Shown: positions 1 through 13,807 of the stretch, one piece after another
Layout of the letters: each line of letters begins with the position of its first letter
How positions within the stretch are numbered: position 1 is the stretch's first letter
Assembly: GCA_001949185.1 (NCBI GenBank)
Contig: BDGG01000007.1
Location: 1,074,730 to 1,138,729, forward strand
Source: Ramazzottius varieornatus
Taxonomy: Eukaryota; Animalia; Tardigrada
Direction: 5' to 3'
Length of the DNA: 64,000 nucleotides
Notes under the pieces: model-generated
Database searches by the model: none
The model's input: only the letters and a program-made list of their open reading frames with translations
Told to the model about the DNA's origin: nothing
Position numbers and translations under genes: made by a program

Positions 1-1282
1 CGAACCTACTGCACTTTCTTCGACCCAATACGTTTGTTTGGAGGAGCTGGTACGAGCGTACCCACATCAGCATTCGACAAAGGGCAGGCGGAAGGTTCCT
101 CCACACTGCAAAAGAGCCACAAATTAAATAGATAACGTGGAATTTATATTTGCCAGCAGAGCGTAACTTACTTTGTGGGGAGCATTCGGCAGCACTTCCT
201 GCCGGAAGTAGTCCGTCAGCACCTTGTGATCCATTACGCCCGATCGATTGACTGCGACATAGAGCTTGTCCTTGGTATTATCATACATGCTGCCCAAATG
301 CAATACTCCGTCGAACAGCACCAAAGGTTTGAACATCCGGCCCGCTGCGTTTCCACAGAACAGCGTGTCACTTGATCCCTTGTTGAGCTTTCTGTGTATG
401 AAACCACATGTTTCTTCCCTTTCTCCGCATAAACTCTCTCCCTTTCAAAACCCAGAACGAAGCCAGATTCATCAAGATTGATGATTCCTTCCGGATTTGA
501 CAGGTAGCCTTGGTCATTCAGCCCGCCGAGAAGCTCGATCCACGATTCCGCACATTCGACAGTCCACTCTCGTGCTTTCTTCCTGTCAACGTTTGAGGCT
601 AGTCGAAGGGATATTTCTTTCTGTTCCTGGAGGAAACGCCGATGAAAATTATCCCAACACCTGACAAAGATCAACATTCGAAGTTGATATTATAAAACGT
701 TCGACAAGCAAAATTACTGTACCTTTCGCAATGCTCATTTCGTCCACAAAAACGCGCAGCTGGGTTTTGTTGAGAGGAAATCCAGTATTTCCGAATTTCT
801 TGAGCAGATCAACCAGCAGCCCTTCCTCAAAATCGTTGAGCTTTCTTTCTTTACCCATCCTACGTGCCTTCGTATCTTGCACATAAAGTGAGACGGTGTT
901 GCGCGAAACTTTGAAAACTCGAGCTGCTTCGCGTAGCCCCATTCCATTCTCGACAGCAGACAGCGCATCCTTCAGGGCTTCTTCGGTGTATCGCCGAGGC
1001 CGCTTGGTCTTAAAGGGCTGGGACATTTCGAGAAACGTTTACGGAAAGAATATCGAGCTAACGATTCCAGGGCTTCTCCGAGAGAAAATCGAGTAGCCAT
1101 GCACAGCAGCTTTGAAGTGTGAGAGTAAAACAGCTGATCAGCTGATGACCATTGTCCACGACAATTTTCTGCGGTTGAATTTTATTGCGTTACGACATTA
1201 GTCCGATTTCTGTTTCTGGCTTCCATACAAAATCTAAGTTTGCCGTCTTTTCCGTCTGGCCCAAACTACCCCACCGTGCGTG
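1..1282 (-). mobile_element. Degenerate pogo-type (Tc1/mariner-related, DDE_1) DNA transposon, 5' part; runs off the window start
   Basis: ORF 649-1026 begins with a psq-type HTH (RRYTEEALKDALSAVENGMGLREAARVFKVSRNTV) plus a CENP-B-like HTH. After an intron (~661-722) comes the first catalytic motif INLDESGF. A frameshift lies near 370 (QVT/LFCGNAAG). Candidate terminus on minus strand: TA|CACGCACGGTGGGGTAGTTTGGG at 1282-1284. Confidence 0.8.
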
Positions 1283-4200
1283 TACAATGAAGGAAGTCTG
1301 CCTTCTCGTGATCAAATTTGATTGGCAGTTGTGGACACATTAGTGCCCTTGCAGTGGGTGTGCTCATATACACTAAAGCAATCAAATTTGATTACGACAA
1401 GGCACGCACTTTTTTCATTGTACCAGGAGCAAGGTCTTACTTTGCTCAGCGTACGACTTTGCTCACCACACGCCACGAGCTGTGCGCAGGTTTCATGAGT
1501 TTTGTGACGTAGACGTGACGTCAATGAGCAAAGCAAGACTTCGCTCCTCGTACTTGTTGTTCCATTCCTATGAGTACCGATGTACGCACTGCCGTGCATC
1601 GGTAACTTTGGAAGATAAGGGACTGATATACGTAGACCTTGCCACTCCGCAGGAAAAGGCGGAGGACGCAGACACACTCCAACTAAGCGGATCCGTCCCG
1701 AAAAAGAAAACCAAAACCAAGTGATACTTCAATAAAGGCTCTGTCAGCTGCGCCATCAGACTAACACTCTTGCACGTGAAATCAGATATCGATTCGAAAA
1801 CTGATTTTCGTACCCAGAGACGACGAGCACAGTAAGTGTCCGTGTGGATTTTTATCGCATGCTACTCGACGGCTGGCTTGTCTTGCATACGATGTAATAA
1901 CGCTTGTGCATGGAACGTCTAGGTCAACCCTCAAATGGTATTTTCCGTTCCATCTTCATATTATAATATTTTGTGCGTGTCAAGCGTGCAGAAGAGACGA
2001 CATATATCATCGAGCAAAACGGAACTGCGATGTGTGCGGCACATTTTCCATTCGATTCGGGAAGCAATTGAAGGTGTGACCAACTTCACTCCACCAAAGT
2101 GGAAGCCCCTGAAGGTGTGTCAGGACCCACTATCGTCGCGGTCGTGGTGGTCGGAATACAAGCGTCGCCCTTCGTCGAACATCCCTTGAGACAGCTTCCC
2201 GTTGAGAATACGTCCCTCTCGCAGTACCAGCCCTGTAATTTCAATAGACATGTTGAAGACTGGAACAGTGGAGGAAATGGAAAAAGCGGAGTGGCTGCAC
2301 AAGTTTCTGCTCTCACCTTGGTCAGGGAACCCGAGGTCTCCAATGCTTGACCGCACGCAGCAGAGCAGTCATCCCAGTTTTCCTTTCCTCATCCGCAGAC
2401 TTTCAGGTCCATGTTGTCACCAGGCGTATTATAAACGATGCAATCCCCGCCACAGGATACTCCTTGCACGGAGTTTGGCACAAAGGCGCAAGCTGCCCAA
2501 AGTAACTAGAGCCGTAGATCTGAGCTCCAGCTTTGCAATTCGAAAGAGATATCCGAAAAATAGTCGTTCTGGACCAAGCAGATCAAGCGATCTGGATGAA
2601 CTGCATCTTCCGTTTTTTTCAGGGAATTTGATATTCTGTTCCGATATGTTGTTACGTTCATAAGAGCTTTTCCCTATGGCTGTATGACTTTTCCGTATGG
2701 CTGTTTACGTTTGCATCGCGGATCACGAAGAGTGTTAAAGTATTGAATTTTTTGTGAATATCGCCCTAGTGAGGAAAATTTGGCTGTTGTAAATTCAGTG
2801 CTGCCACGATGGTCTCCGTGAAAGCTATTAATTATCGGGAAAAGCGCCAACTTTAGAACGCATGCTCTGTACGGAATACACACTGAGAAAATGTTTCGGG
2901 GGGGGGGGAGCTCTCAGTGTTCGTTGCAGAGTATCGGCGGTGTGGAACCGTAAATTAGCCAACAAACCCATGAAATCCCATGAGGGTGAGTGCGACTGAT
3001 GACCGGTTCCAAAAACTCATGTTTGTTTTCCACCATTCTCAGACCGGAAAAGACCGCGCCCTCTACAGCGACATAAAGGTTGTGTCGGCAAGCTCGGCGA
3101 TGACAGTACTGTATCTGGTGCGCGCGGATGAAGTTACAAACTCGCTCCTACAGTACACAAACGTCTTTCCCGAATCAGCATTTCCCGTCGGAAATCCAAG
3201 AGAGAAAGAGCGTTTGCGTTAGTGTACAAGATCTAATGAAGCTGCGAAACAAAATTTGGAGTGTGCTGCCGAAGGTTTCTCTTCTGTAGTTATTTTGGCG
3301 CCTGGATCGGCTCAAGGTTCTCGATGACGCGAAGAGCGAATATATCGGTATACTTCGGTCACTACAGACCAGACCTTCATAGCCCAGAGACGAGCTCGTG
3401 TTACTACAAACTCCGGTGAGCGGTATTCGGGCACGATGGCCAGCGGAAACATACAGCCGTCATTCAACTGCAGACTGCTGTACTTGAAAGTTCGAATCAT
3501 TTCGAACAGGAGTATAGTACATACTCGTATTTGCATCCCGGGCGCACGGGGAACGCTATGTACGCTCTGCGCGCAAATACACGCACGTACTGCTATTCAA
3601 AATGGTCGTAACTTCAAAGTATGATTGGTTGTTTGTGATGTCATTTGGTGGAGAAGCGGCAACTCTTCGCGGCTCAGCCCAAAAGAGCTTGAAATTCTGA
3701 GAAAACAACATGCGCTTGAAATTCGATTACCCATTTCATGAGGCTTAGTGCTGAAAAGTCCTAATACCAATTAGATCCGATAAAACACGACCAGTAGTAT
3801 GAGACAGGTTAAGTTCCCAAACATGATTCATTGGTAACACTATGATTTCATCAGAATGAAACAATCCAATACTGTATTACCTCCCGAAATTCATGTACGG
3901 CACAAGCATTATTTCTGTTAGGACGCATACGTTGCGTTTGTGATAACCCGCCGGCGTGAAAAACATTGACGTCAGTTGAAAATCAGCTGTTCGGCCGGAG
4001 ACTTTTTCAGAGTAGATTTCGCGTTCAATAACAGTTTTCCCATGTTCTTCTATCTTTGATACTTCCGCCTGGTCTTTTGAGACATCAGAAAGAGAAAGAA
4101 TCGTCCAAGGAATTAGAATCGACGGCAAAGTTAAACCATCTTGGAGCCCGAATTGACGTGATATGCTGACGTCATTAAGTGTGCCAGTCTTTGATTCGCA

Positions 4201-4485
4201 ATCCCCGTGAAGAAAGTAGTGGCTGTGACGCAGGTGGATTTGGGGAGGTAACACAGTGCGTGTAGTGAGTTTGGATCAGTGCAGGCCTCACCGGAAAGCC
4301 GTTGATTCACTGTTGCAGTTGGTCGTGTTGATCGACAGAGCCGTGTTAGACTACGTGCTATGGGAGGTAGAATTTGTGCTATGAATCCGCACGTGGTCAA
4401 ACATAGCCCCGTCAATCAACGAAAATAACACTACGATTACTGTACAGGTTTGTCACTACTGTATTGTTTCATTGTGATGTCATGT

Positions 4486-4794
4486 TCAAGGGTTCGTCAT
4501 AGCCACATCATAGTTTGGAGGCGCGTCCATGAACGGTCTCGGTGAAACTACCATCGGCCCATTCATGGGTGGGGGATAGGCGGGATAGGGAGAGCTGTTG
4601 TAGGTCGTAGTGATGGTGGAGCAGGAAGGAACAGTAGGGTAGCAGGTGGACGAAGGAGTATAGCATACAGTCGGCGGAACATGACAGCGCCTTCGGTGGT
4701 ACTCCTGATGACGCCAAGCACGAATGATGGCTGCTATCACACACAATACCACGGCAATACCCACGAATATGAAGAATCCGACGAACGAGTCCAT
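4486..4794 (-). CDS. Small single-pass membrane protein (102 aa) with Cys/Pro/Tyr-rich tail and PPxY motif (WBP1/VOPP1-like architecture)
   Basis: ATG at 4794, N-terminal hydrophobic helix FVGFFIFVGIAVVLCVIAAII, basic stop-transfer (RAWRH..HRRR), tail YPAYPPP..DAPPNYDVAM; intact intronless ORF. Confidence 0.7.
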   Translation of the reverse strand: MDSFVGFFIFVGIAVVLCVIAAIIRAWRHQEYHRRRCHVPPTVCYTPSSTCYPTVPSCSTITTTYNSSPYPAYPPPMNGPMVVSPRPFMDAPPNYDVAMTNP

Positions 4795-5291
4795 ACTGCT
4801 GGACCGAACGAGTGATTTAGGTACCAACAAACCAACGCTAGTTGTTATTAGCTAGGGGTAATTACCATTGAAGACTAGGTTGTCAAACTGACTTCGACTG
4901 ATGTTTGTACGGACTTTGCAAAACGTTGCCGTGCAGTGGGCGTGCGCCCTATAGGATTAATGTAAGAAGTCAAACAATGCGTTTCTGTACTATGACCGGA
5001 AGTATCAGTGCAGCGCAAATCACTTGGCTCCTTATCGTGAAGTTTGCACTGGTTCTCATCGCTTTACCATACGTGAGTATCACAAAGGGTTGATTTCATT
5101 TTGAACACCCGTACACCGCGTTCAAGAACACACACCGGTTCTGAACTCGAAGACTTTCACCGGCAATCTGGGAAACCTGAGTTCTAGCACGTACAGCGCC
5201 TTGACTTTCGATATTTGTGGCGGCCTGTTTTACACGGTCCTTTGGACGTGTATTGTGTTGCTGTGCTGCAGTGGCCGGCAGACTCCATGAA

Positions 5292-7786
5292 CAACTGGAC
5301 GATAGAAATGCCCTACCCGCGCATTTCTACTCGGGATCATGGATAGTGTTTACGGCGTACGTACGTAAAATCAGCTGATCGCTGGTTACACTGCTTAATC
5401 GCCAAGCCGGGCACACTTTCCGTGAGCCCGGCTGACGTAATACGCATCATCGCTGAACTGTGGGTTTCAAGTTGTAATTTTTCGTGCCTTTGTTTACGTT
5501 TGAATCTGCAGGATCCTCGAGCCGATTCTTCGCTTGTGTATATGTTGACGATACCTTGAGTAAACCTGCGCTTTACCGATGTTCTGCGCTGGTCCATGCT
5601 GAAGTTGAGAGGTGAACATCTTCGTCAACTCTCTGTCATCGCGGCGCCGACTTGTCACGTCTTAAGTTCCGTGTCCGGGCTTGTCAGTCTCGCAGAACGT
5701 CTTCTGAGTATCTTTGGAAATGCATCGGAAAGCATGGGCATGCACCAGAACTCCTACTCGATGACGGGAAAGAGACGTGTGGCTAATAACTACCACGAGA
5801 AAAACGGCAAGAGAAAAACCTCTATAACGGAATTCGCCAGAAGAGGGCAAATTCCTACAACCACTTTGAAAAATTGGCTTAACATGTAAGTCAAAAATTT
5901 CCAAAGCAATGGCGCAAAGCAATGGCGCAGAGGGCTTACTGTAAGTTATCACAGGTGTGCCGGACCTCCTCCTGTCAGAAAGAAGAGTCCCGTTATGTAT
6001 CCGCAAATCGAAATAGAACTCTTGGGTTCTGGACCTCCGTGGTCCAGGAAAACAACTAGAAGTGAGAAACGGGGATATCCAGGAGAGAGCGAGGGATATT
6101 GTTGTGCGCGACTTCGGAAACACAGAGTTCAAGGCTTTCGACTGCTGGTGTGCTAGATTCAAAAGGGATTACAGTCTTGTAACCAGAGAAATCACGAAGG
6201 CAACGCGGAAGATCACGTTTACCGAAGCGGACCTGGTAAAGTACAGTGTACGGCAAAATTAGCTGCTAGAAATGGGCGTGATACTGCCCTTGGGACTTAT
6301 TCTCGATTCGACCAATGAAAATTATAGTTTGGTATATGCACAAATCTTATTGGCTGCTTCCATCTGGCTCCATCCAACACCCATTTCTAACGGTTAATTT
6401 TGACACAAACTTTAAATCGAAAGTGCTACGCTAAACTGACGTCGTCTACTTCGTGTTTTGTTCCAGGACATCCACCAGCAGTTTTTCCTGGAGATTGAAG
6501 ATCATACTCACAACAAAACGACGCCTAAATCTCGAATCTTGAATATGGGCCAGACGATGGTCCGGATCGTTGCTCCTGGGAGGAAAACTATCTCTCCCAA
6601 AGGAGTTAAGCAGGTATAGCGCTGACGAAGATTACTGTCTGTTTCTCAAATTTGATTAGACGTTGTGTCCACCGTACGGCACTTGCCGCATGGTGTACGT
6701 GAAATGGTCGTGCACCAGACGCCGTGTCAGTTAGCGATTAATAAATCAATAAAAGTTTTAAACCGGACGGAAAGCGTTTAAAGTGTGTAACATCATCTCT
6801 AGGTTACTGTCACGCATCCACCTGGAGATAAAGAAGGCCTGACTCTGAATTCGACGATCAAAGCAGACGGTACGACGCTAGCTGCAGAAATCCTCTTTAA
6901 GACATCGGCGAAAGGAGGAAAGCCGTCTGACTCGTTTGTTGGGAAACTAGATGCACCAGAGAACGTCATAATCAAGTCTGCTCCGAAGGCTTGGTGGAAT
7001 GGTCTTTTCGATTTCGAATACATCGAAACCGCATTTCCGGTGTATCAGGAGTTCACAGTGCTGCTGCGCGATAACTTCTCCGTGCATAAATCGCAGCAGA
7101 GCGTCGAAAAGTTGGAAGCGAGGAACGTACATCAGATTGCCATACCACCTGGCATGACCGGAAGATGGCAACCTCTCGACGTTAGTAGAAAATGGTCGTT
7201 CAAAGAGGCCTTTAAGGAAGAATACAGACACTGGCAACGTAATAAAATTAGCTTCTTTAATTCTGGAAACCTAAGGAAGCCTGGTAAGAAGGAGTTTGTG
7301 ACTTTTGTCTCTATCGCGTGGGACAATATCAAGCCGGAGGCCGTCGAGAATTCTTTCTACGCAGCCCAGATTCTTCGTAAAGACGATAGTTTTGTAAACG
7401 TAGCTGCTGGAGAGACTGTCGAACAAGATAACAATATCTTAGACTGCAGTTTCTTCAACTAAGACTCTTTCTTAGCACCTGCTGGAGAAAACGAGCAGAT
7501 GGAGTTGACCGAAGATCTTTAGAGGTATTTGTTTTCTGAGTAGCGCACGCTTCCAGTCTATATCACCGCAGATGTGCGGCACGTGGAGAAAACGATCTGG
7601 TCGTGGAGAAAACGATCTGGTTTGTTTTCCGACCTTTCAGTACTAGTGACGTCAACGCTGGTTGTGCAGATATGTTTCCAGAATGTGTGTGATCAGCGAT
7701 CAGCTGATTTTACTTACGTACGCCGTAAATACTATCCATGATCCCGAGTAGAAATGCGCGGGTAGGGCATTTCTATCGTCCAGTTG
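5292..7786 (+). mobile_element. Full-length degenerate pogo/Tigger-like transposon (2495 bp) with ~93-bp TIRs
   Basis: Near-perfect TIRs CAACTGGACGATAGAAATGCCCTACCCGCGCATTTCTACTCGGGATCATGGATAG... at 5292 and ending 7786. Spliced transposase remnants: CENP-B HTH (FKAFDCWCARFKRDYSL), NMGQT (D1 mutated), LLRDNFSVH and QPLDV. Several stops and frameshifts. Confidence 0.92.
6244..6412. mobile_element. Tc1/mariner-type MITE nested in an intron of the pogo element (same family as 37262-37426)
   Basis: TA|CAGTGTACGGCAAAATTAG..AGAAATGGG ... CCCATTTCTAACGGTTAATTTTG..|TA; matches the 37262 element in length and TIR. Confidence 0.75.
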
Positions 7787-10700
7787 AACGAGATTTTAAA
7801 GTACACCCCGCCTGAGCCAACTTGTTACCACTCAATAAATAAAGGCTGTCTCGACTCGATTGGAGTTCCACTTCGAAACCAATTTCTCTTGGTATAACAT
7901 CCTATTTTCCATCTCTGAGAGATTTACTGGCCAGAAATCCGCGTACAGAAAGTCAGGATTGACATTAAACTCGGTTAAAGATCAGTAGAACAAGCATCGG
8001 AATTCTAGGAAAGAGATTAGTAATGCGAATTTGCCGTTCTGGAACACTCCTAGAAAGTTTGCCAGAAACGAGTTTTCCCGGCAAAACGGAGGAATTTAAT
8101 AATCCGTTTAGCGAGTTCGTTCGGAGTTTTCCTGTTCTCTGTTGATTCTTTCCGACCACCAACACAGTTGTAAGTCTGTTTGCGTCAGTTTGGGGACGAA
8201 ACCTCCGACCGGGATTTTTTGCAGATTGTGTCTTCCCCACCGGCAGTCATACTGCTCAACTTTTTCAAGCTATTTCCCAATGCAGTAAAAAGCACTACAG
8301 CTCACTTAAAGCAGCTTTATAATTTGCACGGGACGTGTGGAAGCATCAACGGTAAGATCGTACTTTGAACTTTTCAGCGTCGAAGTGCCAGGTGGTAGTA
8401 AGTTGGCTTGGGCGAGGTGTATTAGATAAAGCGTAGATCGAGCTGTCTGACAAGGGAACTATGACTCTCCTTACCTCTCGATTGTCAAACTGTCGAGGCA
8501 AAACGACAGACCAGAGTTTTTTTCGGATCCAAGCTAAGAAGCTGAATCCCGCGACGATCGTGAATCAAACTACAGAACCCGGAAGTGATAGATCTAAGCT
8601 ACTGCAATGACGTACGAAATAGAGGACATAACACTGCCGTACCCATGTTTAAGGCATAATTCTGACGGCGTAAAACGTTTCAAATTTATCGTCAACGCTT
8701 GATTCGTTTTCAGCGTACGCTTGTTAATGCAAATTTGGGCTTTTTAACATTAGACAGACCCCTCTCCTTTCCAAGAACAGTTTTTTCGTCCTAAACTTCT
8801 TTTCCCCCCAAAACTTATTCAGAGCTCTGGGAGATAAGTTTGTCTATCTCGGGTACGAAATTCCAAGCGAGTGATTACAGGGAGCTCCGAAACACAACCC
8901 GCCATAATTACGTTCCGAAAACAGATCTTGCAGAATCGCAGAATTATTTCCTTTACCTCGTACACTCTTCGAGTGAGAGCCAAAATCTTTGCATGAGCAA
9001 GGATCGTGTGCAGATAGGCCTCCATCGCGCGGAACAGCTCTGAACAGTGCAACATGGCCCTACTGGAAGCTCTACCGGCTGGTCAACGAATATGCTACTC
9101 AAGCGGAAGCCTTCTGATCGTCGGTAGGGATCGCTTTGTCGTATGGTCCCGAAAAGTTTGCCATGGTTCTGCCTGATGTCGGGCGAAATGTTTTTATTCG
9201 CCGTTACAGTACCTTTGTTGCACGTTAAGGGATTGGTCAGTATTACCTCTGGTCAGGGAATATCGTTTTCGAAGGGTAACTGTGAAAATCAGAGTCATGT
9301 CAGGTGGAATTAGGTTATTCTCATGGAATGTTAGTGAGGGGATTGTGCCAATCGAAATCCGCCTAAAGGTCGACGATGTCTTCCAAAGTACTCAATGCAG
9401 TCGGATCACCAGTCTGACATATCCCACGATCGTTCTGATCGGCCAGTATGGTCAGTTTTCAAATCACTTAGCCAATATGTTCAGCCAATATGAAATCAGT
9501 TTTCAGTGTCCCGCGATCGTTCTGATCGTGAGAGACTGAAAGTCTTACTCAGCCAGTCGATGAAAAATTCGATGTCTTCGCGAAAGGGACCGTATCCGCT
9601 GATACCCCAGTACCCTATCGAGTGAGTAAGCTGGAAGACTTGTTAATTAGTTGTAATAAGTCGGTTATATCAAAGTTACTAATAACACCATACGCATACC
9701 GGGTTCTACAGCTGCATGTATCCTAGCAGCGCTTTCGGAATCTTCTGGCTCTTCCTTGACTGAACCAACACTGGCGATCGCAAGAGGATCTTCTGACTCA
9801 GCAGTGGCATTTGGGATGGTAGGGACGATGTCTACCAAAACATACAACTGAATTTACTGACTCGTTAACACTCGTGGTCGTCGTGAACGCTGGGTTGATA
9901 TTCGGTTTAAGTTATATTTCGGTATGATACCAGTATACTTGTCCTCTTCGCTATCTAACGTCGCTTAGTCGTCCGCAGGGAACCCCAAAGGATCGTAGTC
10001 GGGCATTGTTGGATCGTAATCCGCTTCCGTGGGATTATTGTCCGACTGGGTGTTGCCGTCAACAGCGGTTTGGGTCGCCACACTGACAGACAAGAGACCA
10101 GAGTATAACACCGCGTAGGATTTTGCTTGCGGAACCATGCTGCAGGCTCGCAGTCATTTCCGTGACCTTTTCTTGCGGCACCATGCTGGAAACGCTCTTC
10201 CGGATGCTGCACGGACCGCATACGGCAACGGAAATTTCGTTACAACGGTAAATTTTTCTCTGGATTGAGATATCTTAGGAAACAGAAAACCATCAAGCTT
10301 TTTCGACCAGGAAACATGGTACATCCCCAAAAAATATCGGCGAAAATTTTCACCACAGTCATTAAAACAGCGTTTCTGAAAGAGTGCTCGAAGCCAAGGA
10401 TGCTAAAAATCAAAAGGGAATTCCGTCTCTGGCTTACAGCACACGAAAACACACGTTACATGATCGACCTCAGCTTATTCGGTGAATTCCGAGAGAGAAA
10501 CACCCGACAAAACAGGCAATCAGTCACAAAATTCATGCTGCCAGCTACGGCGCCTGCGCCACTGAGCGATGCGGCACGGACGGACACCGTCCCAGAATTT
10601 TACGGCGCGTACTGCACGGCATTTTTCCTCCGAACTTTCCTTGCGGTTACGCACGACCGTGCCGCACTGCTGCCGTATGGTTCCGCAACGCTACGCGGTT

Positions 10701-11656
10701 TTATACTGTGCAAGAGACTGCCACTTCAAATCCTGGACGATGAAGTTAGATGGCTATCTCGTGTTGTTGGAGATACCGTGGTGGGGGTCAGTGGACAGAG
10801 CGCCGGTGTGTCGTTTACGAGAAGTACATAATTGGCGAACGTTACGCGCTTACGTTCCGGTTGGCGACTTGATGGCTCTTGCTTGTGTTCCATGGGTAAT
10901 ATCTATACAGACTCAATCGAAGCGTTGTATCAAGATACACTTAATTACTCATAAACATACCAGAGTCTATTTCTTCCAGTTCTTCAGACGAAAAGTAGCG
11001 TCTTCCTGAACGAATGGCGTCATAGCTCTCGTTTGTTCCACAATCGGTTTTGAGCGACACGCGTTTCTCTTTTACTTCAGCAACCTAGCTGCCTGTACAG
11101 TGTGCTCACACCCCGCACGGAGCCTAGTTCGTTTCGGCGAGATCTTGTTAAGGAAATGCAGGTCTAATTCGGGTGCCTTTCGGGCCGACGAGCATAAGTT
11201 TGCACTAGAACATTATTCTGGTATCAGACAATGGTCCCTTGTGTCCCACCAGGCTTAATATAAATCCGGATAAAAAGAATCGACAAATTTTGAAATTAAG
11301 ACCAAACATGAAATCAGTTTGAATTAGCTGTAAAATCAGCCATCAGTCATAATCAACCCGTTCCAGCATATTTGGATACAACTTCCTATTGCCGAATTTC
11401 TTACCGACGGAAGTCTGGGGACCACTGTTAGGTCCGCTCAGATCCTGCTTTTCCGAGTTGTGATGAGCTTCAAACTCAAATTACCCAAAAACAACCTATC
11501 GGAAAAATCTTTTCCACGATAAGACTCCAGGGCGACTCACAGGAAGCGTGACGACTTTTATCCTATTTTTCGCTTCACTGCGAGTCGCTGTAGTGAATTT
11601 TCAATTAACTTCGATCAATTGTTGGTGGCGTGAAAGTCGATTGATGGCTCTTTTAA

Positions 11657-12983
11657 CACTGGTAATACCGGGCAATTTCATGCTGGCAGAATACCGGGGG
11701 TACAACTGAATTTCGCAGCCTTTTAACTGGCTGGAAGCACGATAGAGGCGTGTACTGTATACTCTCCCGAAATTCACGTACGCCACTGACTCTCAAATCA
11801 TTGGGATCTTACCGTGGCGAAAATACACCCTGAATGGAGTGCCGTACGTGAATTGCGGGAGAGTATACAGTACAGACCAATCACGGTGCTCCCCCATGAA
11901 GTTGCGAATGTCACTGCGCAAAACCAGCGTAGTGTTCCGCCACATGACCGCGGTACGCCAATGTATTTCATTCCAGTTTTCGCTACACTCATTTCCATTC
12001 CTTCTTGCTGCAATCTAAACAAACAACACTCTGCTTCGTTAATCTGTGCGCTGCACAAACATGGACGTTACATGAGCCACACACAATCATCGTTCTTCGC
12101 TCAGTCTTTCTGGGACAGTATCTGCATCTGGTTGACTTCTTGGACGAAACAGTAGCTCGGGCAGTACCAGCAGTTTCGCCCGTGTCTTCGTTATTTGGTA
12201 CCACGGAGGCTATGGACTTCTTGATGGCGGAGGAAAGGCGTGCCACCGTCGATCGTCGCTGGAACTGTGGCTGCAGCAACTGCTTGCTCATCTCCTGGAG
12301 GAAGATACGGCACCGCATGGTCAAGGTAGGATTTCACTCAGGCTTGACTTCGGACCATATCACGTACGCAACAATATTCCGTCTTCGCAAGTCCGCTTTC
12401 AGTGTACGGCTTAGGATGATGTGACGTACCCTTGAATCTGGAACGCAGTCGCCAATTCCTTTTCTGCTTCCATAATTACGCAGGCTTGGAAGTTAAGGTA
12501 AAGACTGCGACGAGGAGACAAGATTGAGAGACAGGTTCGCAAAAGGCAATGCGTAAAATAGAAATCTGAAAAATTGAATTTACTTCGTGCCACTTTGGCG
12601 GCGCCACCAGTGGTATTATCGTTCGTGACGTCATGGGCAGCGCCATATGTCGAAACACCACGAGCAACTTGCGATTTTTTGTCTGACCACTGGACAACCG
12701 CTAGTTGGACGCTGGAGATATAATGGTGTAAAGAAGTGATTGTGAGTTGTTGTGAATTTTTTTCCAGCTGTTGAAACGCTTGGCGCGTGAAGGAGGACTT
12801 GGAGCATGTGTTGGGAGCATTTTGCCCTCGAGCCTCGTGAAATATCTCTAATTCCGTACGTAGTGTTTAGCCAGTGGTCACCAGCTAAATGTCATATAGA
12901 ACTTGCCACTACAAGCACAAAAAAAATACTGAACCGCCAAAGCTGTACAGGAAGTGGTATGCGGTCAGGTAACCGTGCGCGGC
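11657..12983 (-). mobile_element. Internally deleted piggyBac element, copy 1 (5' end lost in gap)
   Basis: TTAA at 11653-11656 followed by TIR CACTGGTAATACCGG. ORF 11989-12324 encodes the piggyBac C-terminal cysteine-rich domain (RCRYC..CGSC..VCAAH..CLDC). Near-identical to 20166-21406. Confidence 0.9.
11755..11870. mobile_element. 116-bp MITE with TA target duplication inside piggyBac copy 1
   Basis: TIRs CTGTATACTCTCCCG(A/C)AATTCACGTACG with TA on both sides. Copies 2 and 3 show the empty site GGCGTGTACAGAC. Confidence 0.9.
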
Positions 12984-13033
12984 NNNNNNNNNNNNNNNNN
13001 NNNNNNNNNNNNNNNNNNNNNNNNNNNNNNNNN
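12984..13033. other. Assembly gap (50 N)
   Basis: N run between two piggyBac copies. Confidence 1.
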
Positions 13034-13807
13034 AATAGAGGCGTGTACAGACTAATCGCCGTGCTCCCCCATGAAGTTGCGAATGTCACTGCGCAAAACC
13101 AGCGTAGTGTTCCGCCACATGACCGCGGTACGCCAATGTATTTCATTCCAGTTTTCGCTACACTCATTTCCATTCCTTCTTGCTGCAATCTAAACAAACA
13201 ACACTCTGCTTCGTTAATCTGTGCGCTGCACAAACATGGACGTTACATGAGCCACACACAATCATCGTTCTTCGCTCAGTCTTTCTGGGACAGTATCTGC
13301 ATCTGGTTGACTTCTTGGACGAAACAGTAGCTCGGGCAGTACCAGCAGTTTCGCCCGTGTCTTCGTTATTTGGTACCACGGAGGCTATGGACTTCTTGAT
13401 GGCGGAGGAAAGGCGTGCCACCGTCGATCGTCGCTGGAACTGTGGCTGCAGCAACTGCTTGCTCATCTCCTGGAGGAAGATACGGCACCGCATGGTCAAG
13501 GTAGGATTTCACTCAGGCTTGACTTCGGACCATATCACGTACGCAACAATATTCCGTCTTCGCAAGTCCGCTTTCAGTGTACGGCTTAGGATGATGTGAC
13601 GTACCCTTGAATCTGGAACGCAGTCGCCAATTCCTTTTCTGCTTCCATAATTACGCAGGCTTGGAAGTTAAGGTAAAGACTGCGACGAGGAGACAAGATT
13701 GAGAGACAGGTTCGCAAAAGGCAATGCGTAAAATAGAAATCTGAAAAATTGAATTTACTTCGTGCCACTTTGGCGGCGCCACCAGTGGTATTATCGTTCG
13801 TGACGTC
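13034..13807 (-). mobile_element. piggyBac deletion derivative, copy 2 (partial, adjacent to gap)
   Basis: Same CRD ORF (13164-13499). Homology ends abruptly at TGACGTC (13807). Confidence 0.8.

Noticed and set aside
7965-11000. Motif-rich stretches (CGATCGTTCTGATCG, GCACGG) and 100-190 aa ORFs
   Set aside because: Probably old transposon subterminal remnants; no matching termini, TSD or recognisable domain could be established.
12411-12697. Identical small ORFs repeated three times
   Set aside because: Incidental frames within the repeated piggyBac derivative.
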